Shown here: piece after piece, positions 1 to 8,785 of the stretch
Layout: each line of letters starts with the position of its first letter
How positions within the stretch are numbered: position 1 is the first letter of the stretch
Program-made: the position numbers and the translations under genes
Notes under the pieces: model-generated
Seen by the model: the letters and a program-made list of their open reading frames with translations, nothing else
Told to the model about the DNA's origin: nothing
Databases searched by the model: none
Assembly: GCA_947642745.1 (NCBI GenBank)
Contig: CANRTU010000015.1
Span: forward strand, 5,571-69,570
Direction of reading: 5' to 3'
Origin: an uncultured Eubacterium sp.
Lineage (GTDB): Bacteria; Bacillota; Clostridia; Lachnospirales; Lachnospiraceae
Length of the DNA: 64,000 nt

Positions 1-1
1 T

Positions 2-1303
2 TCCGCCAGTGGGATGAAGGGTATCCGGCCGGTTCCGGAACCGGTCCCGTACAGGCTGTTCCAAAACGGCTCTTCGCCGTTTGCGCTCCTCCGTATCCGG
101 ATCCTTCAGTGTACGCTCCGGATAGAAGAGTTTGTTGCGGAACAGCGGTCCGGTTTCTGCCGCAGGCAGCTGTTTTGCTTCTTCCTCATCCGGAAGGCCG
201 GCATCCCCGACCGCCACATCGGAGTTGATGTCCAGAAGCCTCGGCTTTTTTCGCCCGGCTGCCGGAACGGCCCCGAAGAACTTCCGCCTTGCATGCGCAG
301 GACAGCATACCGGCATGACATCTTCCAGCCTGTTGTAACCCTGGTATCCGTCACACTGCGCCAGTCCATGGAATCCCTCCGGGAAGTCCTGTGCGCAGGC
401 TCCTTTACGGCTTGGCTGGTAATCATAGAGGGCGACCGGCGCGGGGCCATCATTTCCGGCTGTATATAACCACATACAGGATGTCTGCTCCGCGGTGCGT
501 CCCTTCTCACGCGGGACCCGGCATGCCGTCTCGTCCGCGTGCGCCAGGTCACGCTTTAAAAGTTCTTCATGCAGCAGGTTATAAACCGGATGGAAACAGT
601 TCCCGGCGACATAAATGATCCGGTTTGCCATGGTTTCCCCTGGCAGTGTAAATCCCGGCTGCTTCATCAGAAACTCCTGCCGGTAATAAGGCATTGCCGG
701 GCCGGTTTTTTCCATCGCGACATATGCGGCCATGGATGGGGAGGCCGGGCTGCGCGGGATCAAAGCGGCAGGCGCTTTGGATCCCGCGAATGTCCCGTCA
801 CCATCTTTTCCGCATTCCGGGCACCGCCATTTTTCCCGGTAATAATGGACCCGTTCCACCTTTGCGGGTGCGATCCGGAGTTCTTCCCGGACAAAAGTTC
901 CGGTTACATACCCCATCAGGGAATTACAGTATGGGCAGTGCTTATCTTCTTCCGGCAGAGGGATTACTTCTCTGCGGACCGGGAGATTTCCATACTGGTC
1001 TTCACGCGCAGCCTTTGCTTTACGTGTTGTTCTTTTATGGCTTTTTACAGCTATTGTCCCTGTTTCTCCGGCTTTTTCATCCTGTTTTGTTTTCCCGCTG
1101 CCCGTACCGAAGAGTTTTCGCCGGAATTCATTAAGTGTTTCCTGAAGACCGGCAATCGTTTCTTTCAGGTCTTTGACCGTTTCTTTCAGATCAGTGATCG
1201 CTTCATCTTTTTCATTTAACCGTTCAGAAAGCGTCCGGATCATAAGATCTTTTTGCTCCGGCTGACCGCGAAAAAGCATGTTCTGCCCTTCTGGATCCAC
1301 CAT
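2..1303 (-). pseudogene. tnpC: IS66 transposase TnpC, 5' part; frame open to the window edge but heavily missense-mutated
   Basis: Absent from the ORF track because it has no stop in the window. Hand translation from ATG 1303 gives a coiled coil, RRKLFG, CPYC..CPEC zinc finger, PYYRQE, HADET, MWLY, CDGYQGY and AHARRKF. Confidence 0.85.
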
Positions 1304-1587
1304 GAATCCCTCCCTCTTTTAAGATACATTTATTGTACCAGAAGGGCGGGACTATCGCAGATACCACCAAAAAACGGACCGGCATTGTGACAGATCAAAA
1401 GGAGCCTTTTTATCTTCAGAAATCAGCGGGTTTGGGAGTTTTTCTGTGAAATTATACACATCATTACGAAGTTGCGCATAACGATCCCCGGGCAGCCATC
1501 CCCATGATCCCGCATCTGTGGATATCTTCCGCCGGAAAGCGGTTCCGGCTATGGAAAAATTTTTTCAGAATCTGCATATCGCGCAAA

Positions 1588-1941
1588 TCAAAAATCTTTG
1601 CCTTTCACCGGCTGTATGGCTTTCGGCTGGTCAATGGAAAGCCCTTCCGTCAGCCAGCGGGACTCCCGCCTGGTCAGAGGCCCGGCTTCAGAAGCGTTGC
1701 GGGGCCACTGGAACTTCCCATTATCCAGGCGCTTCCGCGGGAGCACGAACCCGTCCCGGTCGGAGTAAAGTGCTTTCATCGTATTTTTCTTGCGTCCACA
1801 GAACAGAAAGACTGCATTGGAGAAAGGGTCCGTCTGGAAGTTATCCCGGATGACTGCCATGAGCCCGTCAAAGGATTTCCCCATATCCGTCCGGCCCGTG
1901 ACCAAACAGATTTTCTGTACTCCGGACAGATCGCCGGTCAA
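1588..1941 (-). CDS. tnpB: IS66 accessory protein TnpB, probably degenerate
   Basis: TDM.KSFDGL, FLFCGR, DGF..KRLDNGKFQWP and WL.EGL motifs. Confidence 0.9.
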   Translation of the reverse strand: MTGDLSGVQKICLVTGRTDMGKSFDGLMAVIRDNFQTDPFSNAVFLFCGRKKNTMKALYSDRDGFVLPRKRLDNGKFQWPRNASEAGPLTRRESRWLTEGLSIDQPKAIQPVKGKDF

Positions 1942-2324
1942 AGCTCCCGCAGAGCGGATACCGTATTATAGATCACATCCCTGCCAGCATTATGATTGAC
2001 TGCGGCTTTACAGCCATTAACCATGATCGTCAGTGCTTCACCCAATGATGCGGCATCTGCCGGCCGCGGCCTGATCGGATCAGGCATTTGCGCGTGGGAT
2101 TCCCCGGCAAGGGATAATGGTACGATCCCAGGCGGGGCATCCATCGCCGGTCCGGTTGTCCCCGGTACCACACACGCCTTCTTTCCCAGTCTTGTGACAG
2201 TATTATAAAAAGTACTGATGGAGATATCGTTCTGTTCACACCAGCCGCGGTCAGGGAATCCGCCGCTGCGGCATTCCCGGATCAGTGACAGCCATTCTTC
2301 ATCCGTCCTTCGCTTATTACGCAT
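1938..2324 (-). CDS. tnpA: IS66 accessory protein TnpA
   Basis: EEWLSLIRECRSGG...WCEQNDISISTFY HTH-like N-terminus; GGAGG RBS before ATG 2324; overlaps tnpB by 4 nt. Confidence 0.8.
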   Translation of the reverse strand: MRNKRRTDEEWLSLIRECRSGGFPDRGWCEQNDISISTFYNTVTRLGKKACVVPGTTGPAMDAPPGIVPLSLAGESHAQMPDPIRPRPADAASLGEALTIMVNGCKAAVNHNAGRDVIYNTVSALREL

Positions 2325-2626
2325 AAGTTGTTCCTCCCTAAAGTAGTAAATCACAGTGATTGACTACCTCTGATTACGAAAAGTGGAATGACGCGGCAGC
2401 ATCCAGAACTGAAAACAGATAAAGGAGTCATTTGCTGCTTATTTACTGTATTATCGCAGATTTGAAACAACATTTGGAACGGTATGTTATTCATCGCTTA
2501 CTCTTTATCTATAGTTTTGCAACCCCCTTTATTTATAACACAGACCACTTTTATTGTAACATAGGGGTTTCTTACATCTGAAGAAGTTCCCTTTTCCTGC
2601 AAATCAGAAGATTATTATTGTGACAC

Positions 2627-2671
2627 AAAAAAATTCTGCCTGGCAAAAATTAATTTACCAGACAGAATTTT
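2627..2671 (-). terminator. Rho-independent terminator of the large surface-protein gene
   Basis: AAAATTCTGTCTGGTAAA / TTTGCCAGGCAGAATTTT stem followed by a T run on the minus strand. Confidence 0.8.
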
Positions 2672-2707
2672 CAATTGAAATAGTTATCGAAAATTAATTT
2701 AATACTA

Positions 2708-5700
2708 TTATTTTTTAATAGTAAGCTCTACTGGAGCTTTCTTTTCAATAACTACCTCCTTATTATTCTTATCTTTTACTTTAAGAGTCGCTGTTACTGT
2801 TACTGTTACTTTTGTTCCTGACTTCACATCACTATCTATAATAGCTACACTACCATCATCCTTTACCTTCAGAACCTTCTCATTGGCAGATTCATATTTA
2901 TAACTTAATGTACCTGTTATGTTATCTTTTACAGTAACTCCCCCTGCTTTCTCTAAGTCATATACTGTTACAAAGTTGAATGTTGTTGCAACACCTGATG
3001 TAATATTAACATCTTTAGCTTTTAATTTACCCAACTCGGTAGCAAGATAGTCGGAATAGATATTTGTACTTGTCACAGTTTCATTCTCAAGTTTTACATC
3101 ACATCCATCTGTACTTACTACCAGATCTTCTAATGTCTTATTACTGTCTTTCTCCTGCTTAATAACCACTTCTACCTTATCTTTTTCGCTTACGATATTG
3201 CCAATAGGCTTTGACTCGGTTGTTCCACGCACTTCTATAGAATTAGCTCTCTTAACAAGAACGTTCTCCATAGTACCTTTATTAACTAATACCATCTTGC
3301 TGGCTGCATCAAGTATAAGGTTGTTAATTTCACCACTTACACCATTCTCAATTTTGGTACCACCACCGTCTGTAACAGTGAGTTTTTTAACCGTTCCATA
3401 ATTATAGAATGTGTTTTGTGAAAGATCTGCAATCCTTAATTCATCAATACTAATAGGATTAACACCAGTATCGCTACCAACCTGAAGGTCAGCATTTGGT
3501 ATATTAACGGTTACTATACCTTTTTTAGTTGGATCATTCTCATCTGACAGAATTGTAATTCCATTTCTACCGCCCTTTGAATTGATAATCTTCAGCGTAC
3601 CTGTATCAGCATAAGAAGCTGCTAAAGTTCCTCTCACCTTCAGCTCATTACCAGCCAGATCAATCGTAACTGGACGTTTAATATTTAACGTAGTTTTTTC
3701 TGGAATTGTGTAGTCAGTGCCTAACACAATTGTACGATATTTTTCATTATCCAGCGCTGCCTGAAGATCACTTAAAACACCACCTGCAAATTCGCCGGAA
3801 ACATTACCCCAGACATCATCGTTTGATGTATCAATTCCTTCGTATACCACAGCGGAATCACCTGTAACATTGGCATCATTGGTTCCATATTTATATGGAA
3901 GCGTAATTCTGCCTGTATCTCCTAACGTATTACCACTTACAGCTTTAATTGCAGAAGAAATACTGATAGACACTGGTTTTCCTACTTTCAGGCTAAAGTT
4001 ATTATTTTTACCAAGATCAATAGTTACACTATCAAAAGTATCTGCTTTGCCATTACTGTATCCTTCAATAAATCTGGAAACAGTTGCTGTCCTTGGCACT
4101 TCAACACCACTAACTGTATAGTTACTGTTAACCAAGGCACTGCTACCTAATTCTGTGTTAGACAGAGATTCGCTATATTTAATAAATAAATACCTGCCTT
4201 CTCCCTTGGTTTCACCGCTACTAATCAGACTACGTGTTCTGAATCTTTCGTAATTAGGTGTATCACTTACAGCTGCCCATACTACATGCAGACCGGTAGA
4301 ATCTACAACTCCTGCCTGTTCAAACGGGAAGCTTCTGGAACTAATGGTGTTCTCAACATCATCCGTAAGCGCAGTTACTGTTAATTCCCACTTACCTGCT
4401 GATAATGTCTTCTCTGGTAAGATTCTGATCCATGTATCATCTTCATACAGCCAGTCCTGAACAGCACCAAGAATTGTTTCTTTTGTTTCTGTATTGTAAA
4501 ATCTTGCTGTCGGCAGCGGAATACCACCACTGACACGCTGCTGGTTCTGACTCGGTGTAAACCAGTGACCATCCATCTGATTATTAGCAACCCGAAGCTG
4601 AACCGGCTCGTTAATCTGTACATGATAATACTTACCTACCTGAACACAATCAATTACTTCAGGACTCGTGTTATCCGGACTCAGCATCTTCTCATATCCG
4701 GTTGCTGTATTATCTGTAAGAGACATTACAATATCTTTGCTGTTTTCCTGTCCATTTTCATAATTGAATAATCTGTTCTTATCTACCTTCAGCTGGAATC
4801 TGTGATTCTTATAATAATTGTCACCAGTTGAATCAGTGTCAAAAATATATGTCCAGTCTTCTGTCAGTTCTACAATATATTCACCATCTACACTGGTCTT
4901 TCTGATAGTAATAGGATTTACTCCGGTTCCGTTCGGAGCACCACTAACTTTAGTTTCTACAAGTTCGAAATCATTCTTTCTTGCATCGTACATCTCTAAC
5001 CGGATCAACGGCTCTTTATCTGTTAATAAGCTCCTTAAATCATCTGATCCTAAGTCTTTCACTGGCTTGTTTACTACATTAGTATTACCTTTTGCAACCG
5101 CAATATCACCATTGAATTTAACAAGCCACTGCTCAGGAGACTGTACTGTAACAGTTCCAGCCGGTTCATCTTTGTTATCTGCTACATTGAAGTAAAATGT
5201 CTGTGTATGAATTACATTCATTTTAGCATCTGTTGCAGCTGCCCAGTCACCGATATCGGATACCTGCAGGGAATACAGATTATTTCCCTTGAAATACGTA
5301 GGTTTGCCATTGTCATCTGTTCCGAGTGTAATATATACTATATTACGCTCTGTAGCTTTATCAGATACTTCAGCTGTTGCACCGTTACTGAAGTCAGTCA
5401 GCTTCTGTCCGCTGATTCTGTAATTATCTTCATTTTCTGCTGAATAAATATTCCCAGCATTGTCCATGCCGTCTTTCAGAACCGCTTCAGAGAAAGTCAC
5501 TTTCAGCATTCTCATGCTTGGCTTTCCTGCCTTGTTTACAGCTTCCACATTGTATACGGCCGGCTGTGTTGCGTCTACCAGTCTGTCATATACAGTGTTA
5601 GATGTTGCTACATTATAGCGTTTGTCCTTAAATGTCATTTTGATTTCTGAATTGTCCCGTAAAGGTTTTGCCATCAGAATCTGAAGTGTTTTATTCGGTT

Positions 5701-7072
5701 CGCTGCCTGTAGATGCGTCGCCCTGAAGAATCGTAGCAACCTCACATGGGTTTGCATAGTTAACACCGTCTTTTACTTCGATCTCAACCTTATTTGCATT
5801 CAGCTTACCATCGCTGTTCAGGAACTCTTCCGCTTTTACTTCTTTATTGAAGTATGCAATAATACGGTCAGCTGTCTGAACAGTCATATGTGTTACCATT
5901 GCGCCCTGCTGAGCGTCAATTTCACCAGGATTTGGTGTCAGAAGAATACTTGTGGTAGACTTCAGACCAAGGATATCGCCATGTCCCAGCGCTGTTACAA
6001 CTTCACCTGTGATAACTGCTGTCGCATTGGATGTCAGGTTTTCAGATGTGAACATAACTGTAGCCACACCGTTACGTACTGCAACGGACTGTCCACCTAC
6101 ACTACCACGGGTTGTTGAGAATTTTACTTCCACGCCGTTTAAGTCTTCACACAGTTTACCTGTTCCATCATAAATCTTGAAACGAACCTGTGTATTGGAG
6201 CTGTTGTCAGCCTTCAGGTATGTAGCGTCGCTTTCCATAACTGCTACGTACTGATCTTCTGTAGTCAGTGATGTAAACTTACCTGTCAGCGCTCCCTGTA
6301 CTTTGCCGCCGCATGCCAGACCAGTAGCTGTCATTACATAGTCCTGACCCAGTTTCGCGCTGTTTGCCAGTGTCAGGGTAGCTACCAGTCCGTTTTCGGA
6401 AAGGATTGCGTCTTCTACTGCCACTTCAGCTGCTGTAGCGCCTTCCGCAACGTCTTCAGCGATCTTGAAGTTATCTTTGGATACGCTGTCTACCTTCTGG
6501 TTGAACACTACTTCTACAGTTGTTCTTGCCAGAGATTTAACAGTTGTCAGCGCCAGATCGCCATCTACCGGTGTTGTCGGATCTGTTGTACCGGTCGGTG
6601 TTGTTGCGCCTGTCGGATCTGTTGTTCCGGTCGGTGTTGTCGCATCTGTCGGATCTGTTACTGTTGTCGGATCTGTAGGTGTCGTGGTCTTAGGTTTAAC
6701 TGTTACTTTTGTCTTTAATACCTTCTGGTATTTGCTCTTTGCCTTCTTGGCAGCTTTACGGCTCGGGGACTGGATTGTTACACTGATTGTTGCTGTCCCC
6801 TTCTTCACTCCCTTAATTGTGAAAGCCTTGTTGTTTTTCTTTTTCGTTGTGCAGACTTTCTTTTTATTGGTAGCTACTTTCGTAATCTTCCAATCGGAGT
6901 TGTTTTTCTTTAATTTGAGTGTCTTTGTATTGCCTACTTTGACAGTCGCTGTCTTGGCGATGCCAACGGTGGCTGCCGCTGATGCTGTCATCAAATTAGC
7001 TGATGGCAGTGAGAATGCCATTGCCGCAGATAATGATACCGCCAGCACTCTCGTCATGAAACTCTTTTTCAT
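2708..7072 (-). CDS. Large secreted surface protein, S-layer-like, with tandem Ig-like domains
   Basis: Sec signal peptide (MKKSFMTRVLAVSLSAAMAF..ASA), Lys-rich N-terminal Ig-like domain, TDPT linker, repeated V.FN/FSE.V...NY Ig-like modules, GGAGG RBS. No SLH, CWB2 or LPXTG motif seen. Confidence 0.75.
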   Translation of the reverse strand: MKKSFMTRVLAVSLSAAMAFSLPSANLMTASAAATVGIAKTATVKVGNTKTLKLKKNNSDWKITKVATNKKKVCTTKKKNNKAFTIKGVKKGTATISVTIQSPSRKAAKKAKSKYQKVLKTKVTVKPKTTTPTDPTTVTDPTDATTPTGTTDPTGATTPTGTTDPTTPVDGDLALTTVKSLARTTVEVVFNQKVDSVSKDNFKIAEDVAEGATAAEVAVEDAILSENGLVATLTLANSAKLGQDYVMTATGLACGGKVQGALTGKFTSLTTEDQYVAVMESDATYLKADNSSNTQVRFKIYDGTGKLCEDLNGVEVKFSTTRGSVGGQSVAVRNGVATVMFTSENLTSNATAVITGEVVTALGHGDILGLKSTTSILLTPNPGEIDAQQGAMVTHMTVQTADRIIAYFNKEVKAEEFLNSDGKLNANKVEIEVKDGVNYANPCEVATILQGDASTGSEPNKTLQILMAKPLRDNSEIKMTFKDKRYNVATSNTVYDRLVDATQPAVYNVEAVNKAGKPSMRMLKVTFSEAVLKDGMDNAGNIYSAENEDNYRISGQKLTDFSNGATAEVSDKATERNIVYITLGTDDNGKPTYFKGNNLYSLQVSDIGDWAAATDAKMNVIHTQTFYFNVADNKDEPAGTVTVQSPEQWLVKFNGDIAVAKGNTNVVNKPVKDLGSDDLRSLLTDKEPLIRLEMYDARKNDFELVETKVSGAPNGTGVNPITIRKTSVDGEYIVELTEDWTYIFDTDSTGDNYYKNHRFQLKVDKNRLFNYENGQENSKDIVMSLTDNTATGYEKMLSPDNTSPEVIDCVQVGKYYHVQINEPVQLRVANNQMDGHWFTPSQNQQRVSGGIPLPTARFYNTETKETILGAVQDWLYEDDTWIRILPEKTLSAGKWELTVTALTDDVENTISSRSFPFEQAGVVDSTGLHVVWAAVSDTPNYERFRTRSLISSGETKGEGRYLFIKYSESLSNTELGSSALVNSNYTVSGVEVPRTATVSRFIEGYSNGKADTFDSVTIDLGKNNNFSLKVGKPVSISISSAIKAVSGNTLGDTGRITLPYKYGTNDANVTGDSAVVYEGIDTSNDDVWGNVSGEFAGGVLSDLQAALDNEKYRTIVLGTDYTIPEKTTLNIKRPVTIDLAGNELKVRGTLAASYADTGTLKIINSKGGRNGITILSDENDPTKKGIVTVNIPNADLQVGSDTGVNPISIDELRIADLSQNTFYNYGTVKKLTVTDGGGTKIENGVSGEINNLILDAASKMVLVNKGTMENVLVKRANSIEVRGTTESKPIGNIVSEKDKVEVVIKQEKDSNKTLEDLVVSTDGCDVKLENETVTSTNIYSDYLATELGKLKAKDVNITSGVATTFNFVTVYDLEKAGGVTVKDNITGTLSYKYESANEKVLKVKDDGSVAIIDSDVKSGTKVTVTVTATLKVKDKNNKEVVIEKKAPVELTIKK
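6568..6690 (-). repeat. Coding tandem repeat forming a Thr/Pro/Asp linker
   Basis: TDPTTVTDPTDATTPTGTTDPTGATTPTGTTDPTTP; repeated GTCGGATCTGT units in the DNA. Confidence 0.85.
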
Positions 7073-7137
7073 TTCATTTCCTCCTTAAAGATTTACCATA
7101 CTAAGTAACGTATGAGTTTTTGTGGTCTAAGTATACA

Positions 7138-7164
7138 ATATCGGTTTACGATTGTCCATGTTGA
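7138..7164 (-). promoter_or_regulatory. Candidate sigma28 (SigD/FliA) promoter upstream of the surface-protein gene
   Basis: TCAA-N15-ACCGATAT versus consensus TAAA-N15-GCCGATAW. Confidence 0.5.
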
Positions 7165-7493
7165 AATCCACTAAATTCGAGCTATTTTCCGGACATTTCT
7201 CGTAACTTTTGCCTCATTCCCATTCCAACCCTAATTTTTGCGGCGGCAGTCAGGATTTGCTCCTGTGTTTCTGCCATTGCCTCTAAATAATGAGAAGAAA
7301 CATCTTTCTGAAATATTGTACCCCTCAGATTCACTATATAGTTACGGCGGGCTCCGGCAAAAAAGTGGGGTGTTCAAAAAAAATTTTTTTAACTTTTTTA
7401 TTTTCCCGCAAAATCCGGTTCCAGAGCCCTTTTTATCAGTGTATCCGGCATGTGTCCGAAGCTTAAGTCCGGATGGCGCATACCGGTATTCTG

Positions 7494-8426
7494 TTATTTG
7501 TGAATAACGGTACCCTGGCCGCCCAGAATATCCGGGTCTGTATCGTCCAGTCTGGTGATAATTGTTTTGCGGATAGCGGAATTTCCGATGAAATCCAGAG
7601 CGGCCTGGATTTTAGGCTCCATGGAACCGGCTTCAAACTGTCCGGCTTCCAGATACTGCTTTGCCTTTGCCGTGGTCAGATCGTCCAGCGGTGTTTCCTG
7701 CGGGGTGCCATAATTTAAATACGCTTTCTGGACACCGGTGAGAATTATCAGTATATCGGCGTCAATCAGGGCCGCCAGCCTGGCCGCCGCCAGATCCTTT
7801 TCAATCACAGCGGAAGCTCCCCTTAAATAATTTTCCTGCTGGAGCACCGGAATGCCGCCTCCTCCACAGGCAATGACTACCTGGTCCGCCTCCAGCAGCG
7901 CCCGTACACTTTCGATTTCCACAATATCCGCCGGTTTTGGCGCCGCCACAATCCGGCGGTATCCGCCTTCCACCTTTGTGACGTGGTTTCCTTTTTTCTC
8001 TTCCGCTTCCGCCTCCTCAGCGCTCATCACCCGGCCGATAATTTTTGTGGGATGATAGAAGGCGTCGTCATAGGGATCAACCACCACCTGGGTCAGCACT
8101 GTGGATACGGTTTTGTAAATGCCCCGGTTTAAAAATTCAGTGCGGATGGCATTCTGCAGGTCATATCCGATATATCCCTGGCTCATGGCGGAGCAGACGC
8201 TCATGGGCGTGGACGTATATTCCGGATAGATCCGGCAGAATTCAGCCATGGCCATGTGAATCATTCCCACCTGCGGGCCGTTGCCATGGGTGATGACAGC
8301 CTGATAGTCGTCTTTGATGAATCCGGCCACTGCCCTGGCAGTTCTGGCGGCTGCGACTTTCTGTTCCGGAAGCGTGGTACCCAGGGCATGGTGGCCAAGG
8401 GCAATAACAATTTTTTTCTTTTTCAT
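7494..8426 (-). CDS. arcC: Carbamate kinase-like protein
   Basis: ITHGNGPQVG, MSQGYIGY, GYRRIVAAP, CGGGGIPV and GSMEPKI motifs. The N-terminal GGNAL motif reads GHHAL here. Confidence 0.85.
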   Translation of the reverse strand: MKKKKIVIALGHHALGTTLPEQKVAAARTARAVAGFIKDDYQAVITHGNGPQVGMIHMAMAEFCRIYPEYTSTPMSVCSAMSQGYIGYDLQNAIRTEFLNRGIYKTVSTVLTQVVVDPYDDAFYHPTKIIGRVMSAEEAEAEEKKGNHVTKVEGGYRRIVAAPKPADIVEIESVRALLEADQVVIACGGGGIPVLQQENYLRGASAVIEKDLAAARLAALIDADILIILTGVQKAYLNYGTPQETPLDDLTTAKAKQYLEAGQFEAGSMEPKIQAALDFIGNSAIRKTIITRLDDTDPDILGGQGTVIHK

Positions 8427-8785
8427 GGTTATACGAGATTCCTCCTTTGACTGTTAATTTTTATATTTTCTGGCGGACTGCCGGCTTCATGTATCCGGGC
8501 CCTGTGATAACTGCCTGTATACATGTATGCCTTTCCGCTCTGTCCTGACGTTTACTTTACCTTCCTGTTCTTTCCGGGGCCGGTCTGACCTGTTTCTTCT
8601 ATTTAATAATATTACATATTTATTCCAGATCCGGTTCCAGATCGTGCCTTAAAAATCATTGCTGCGATTCCACTCCCCACTTTGCGCCCTGAAGGGCATG
8701 ATACGGATCATTCATCACCGCTTTAATCAGCGCAGCCCGCTATACCCAGAAGGTACTACAATGCATTGCGCCATCCGTGCAGGCC

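Larger units (their letters stand above)
1..2501 (-). mobile_element. IS66-family insertion sequence, degenerate; far end lies outside the window
   Basis: tnpA-tnpB-tnpC order on the minus strand. The element starts GTAAGCGATGAATAAC at 2501, a typical IS66 GTAA end. Confidence 0.9.

Noticed and set aside
14-1219. Several plus-strand ORFs and the 106-552 minus ORF over tnpC
   Set aside because: Shadow frames of the IS66 transposase, kept open by high GC; no recognisable motifs.
8640-8785. Possible RNA motif or gene remnant between arcC and the AAA gene
   Set aside because: No convincing structure, repeat or ORF could be supported by eye.
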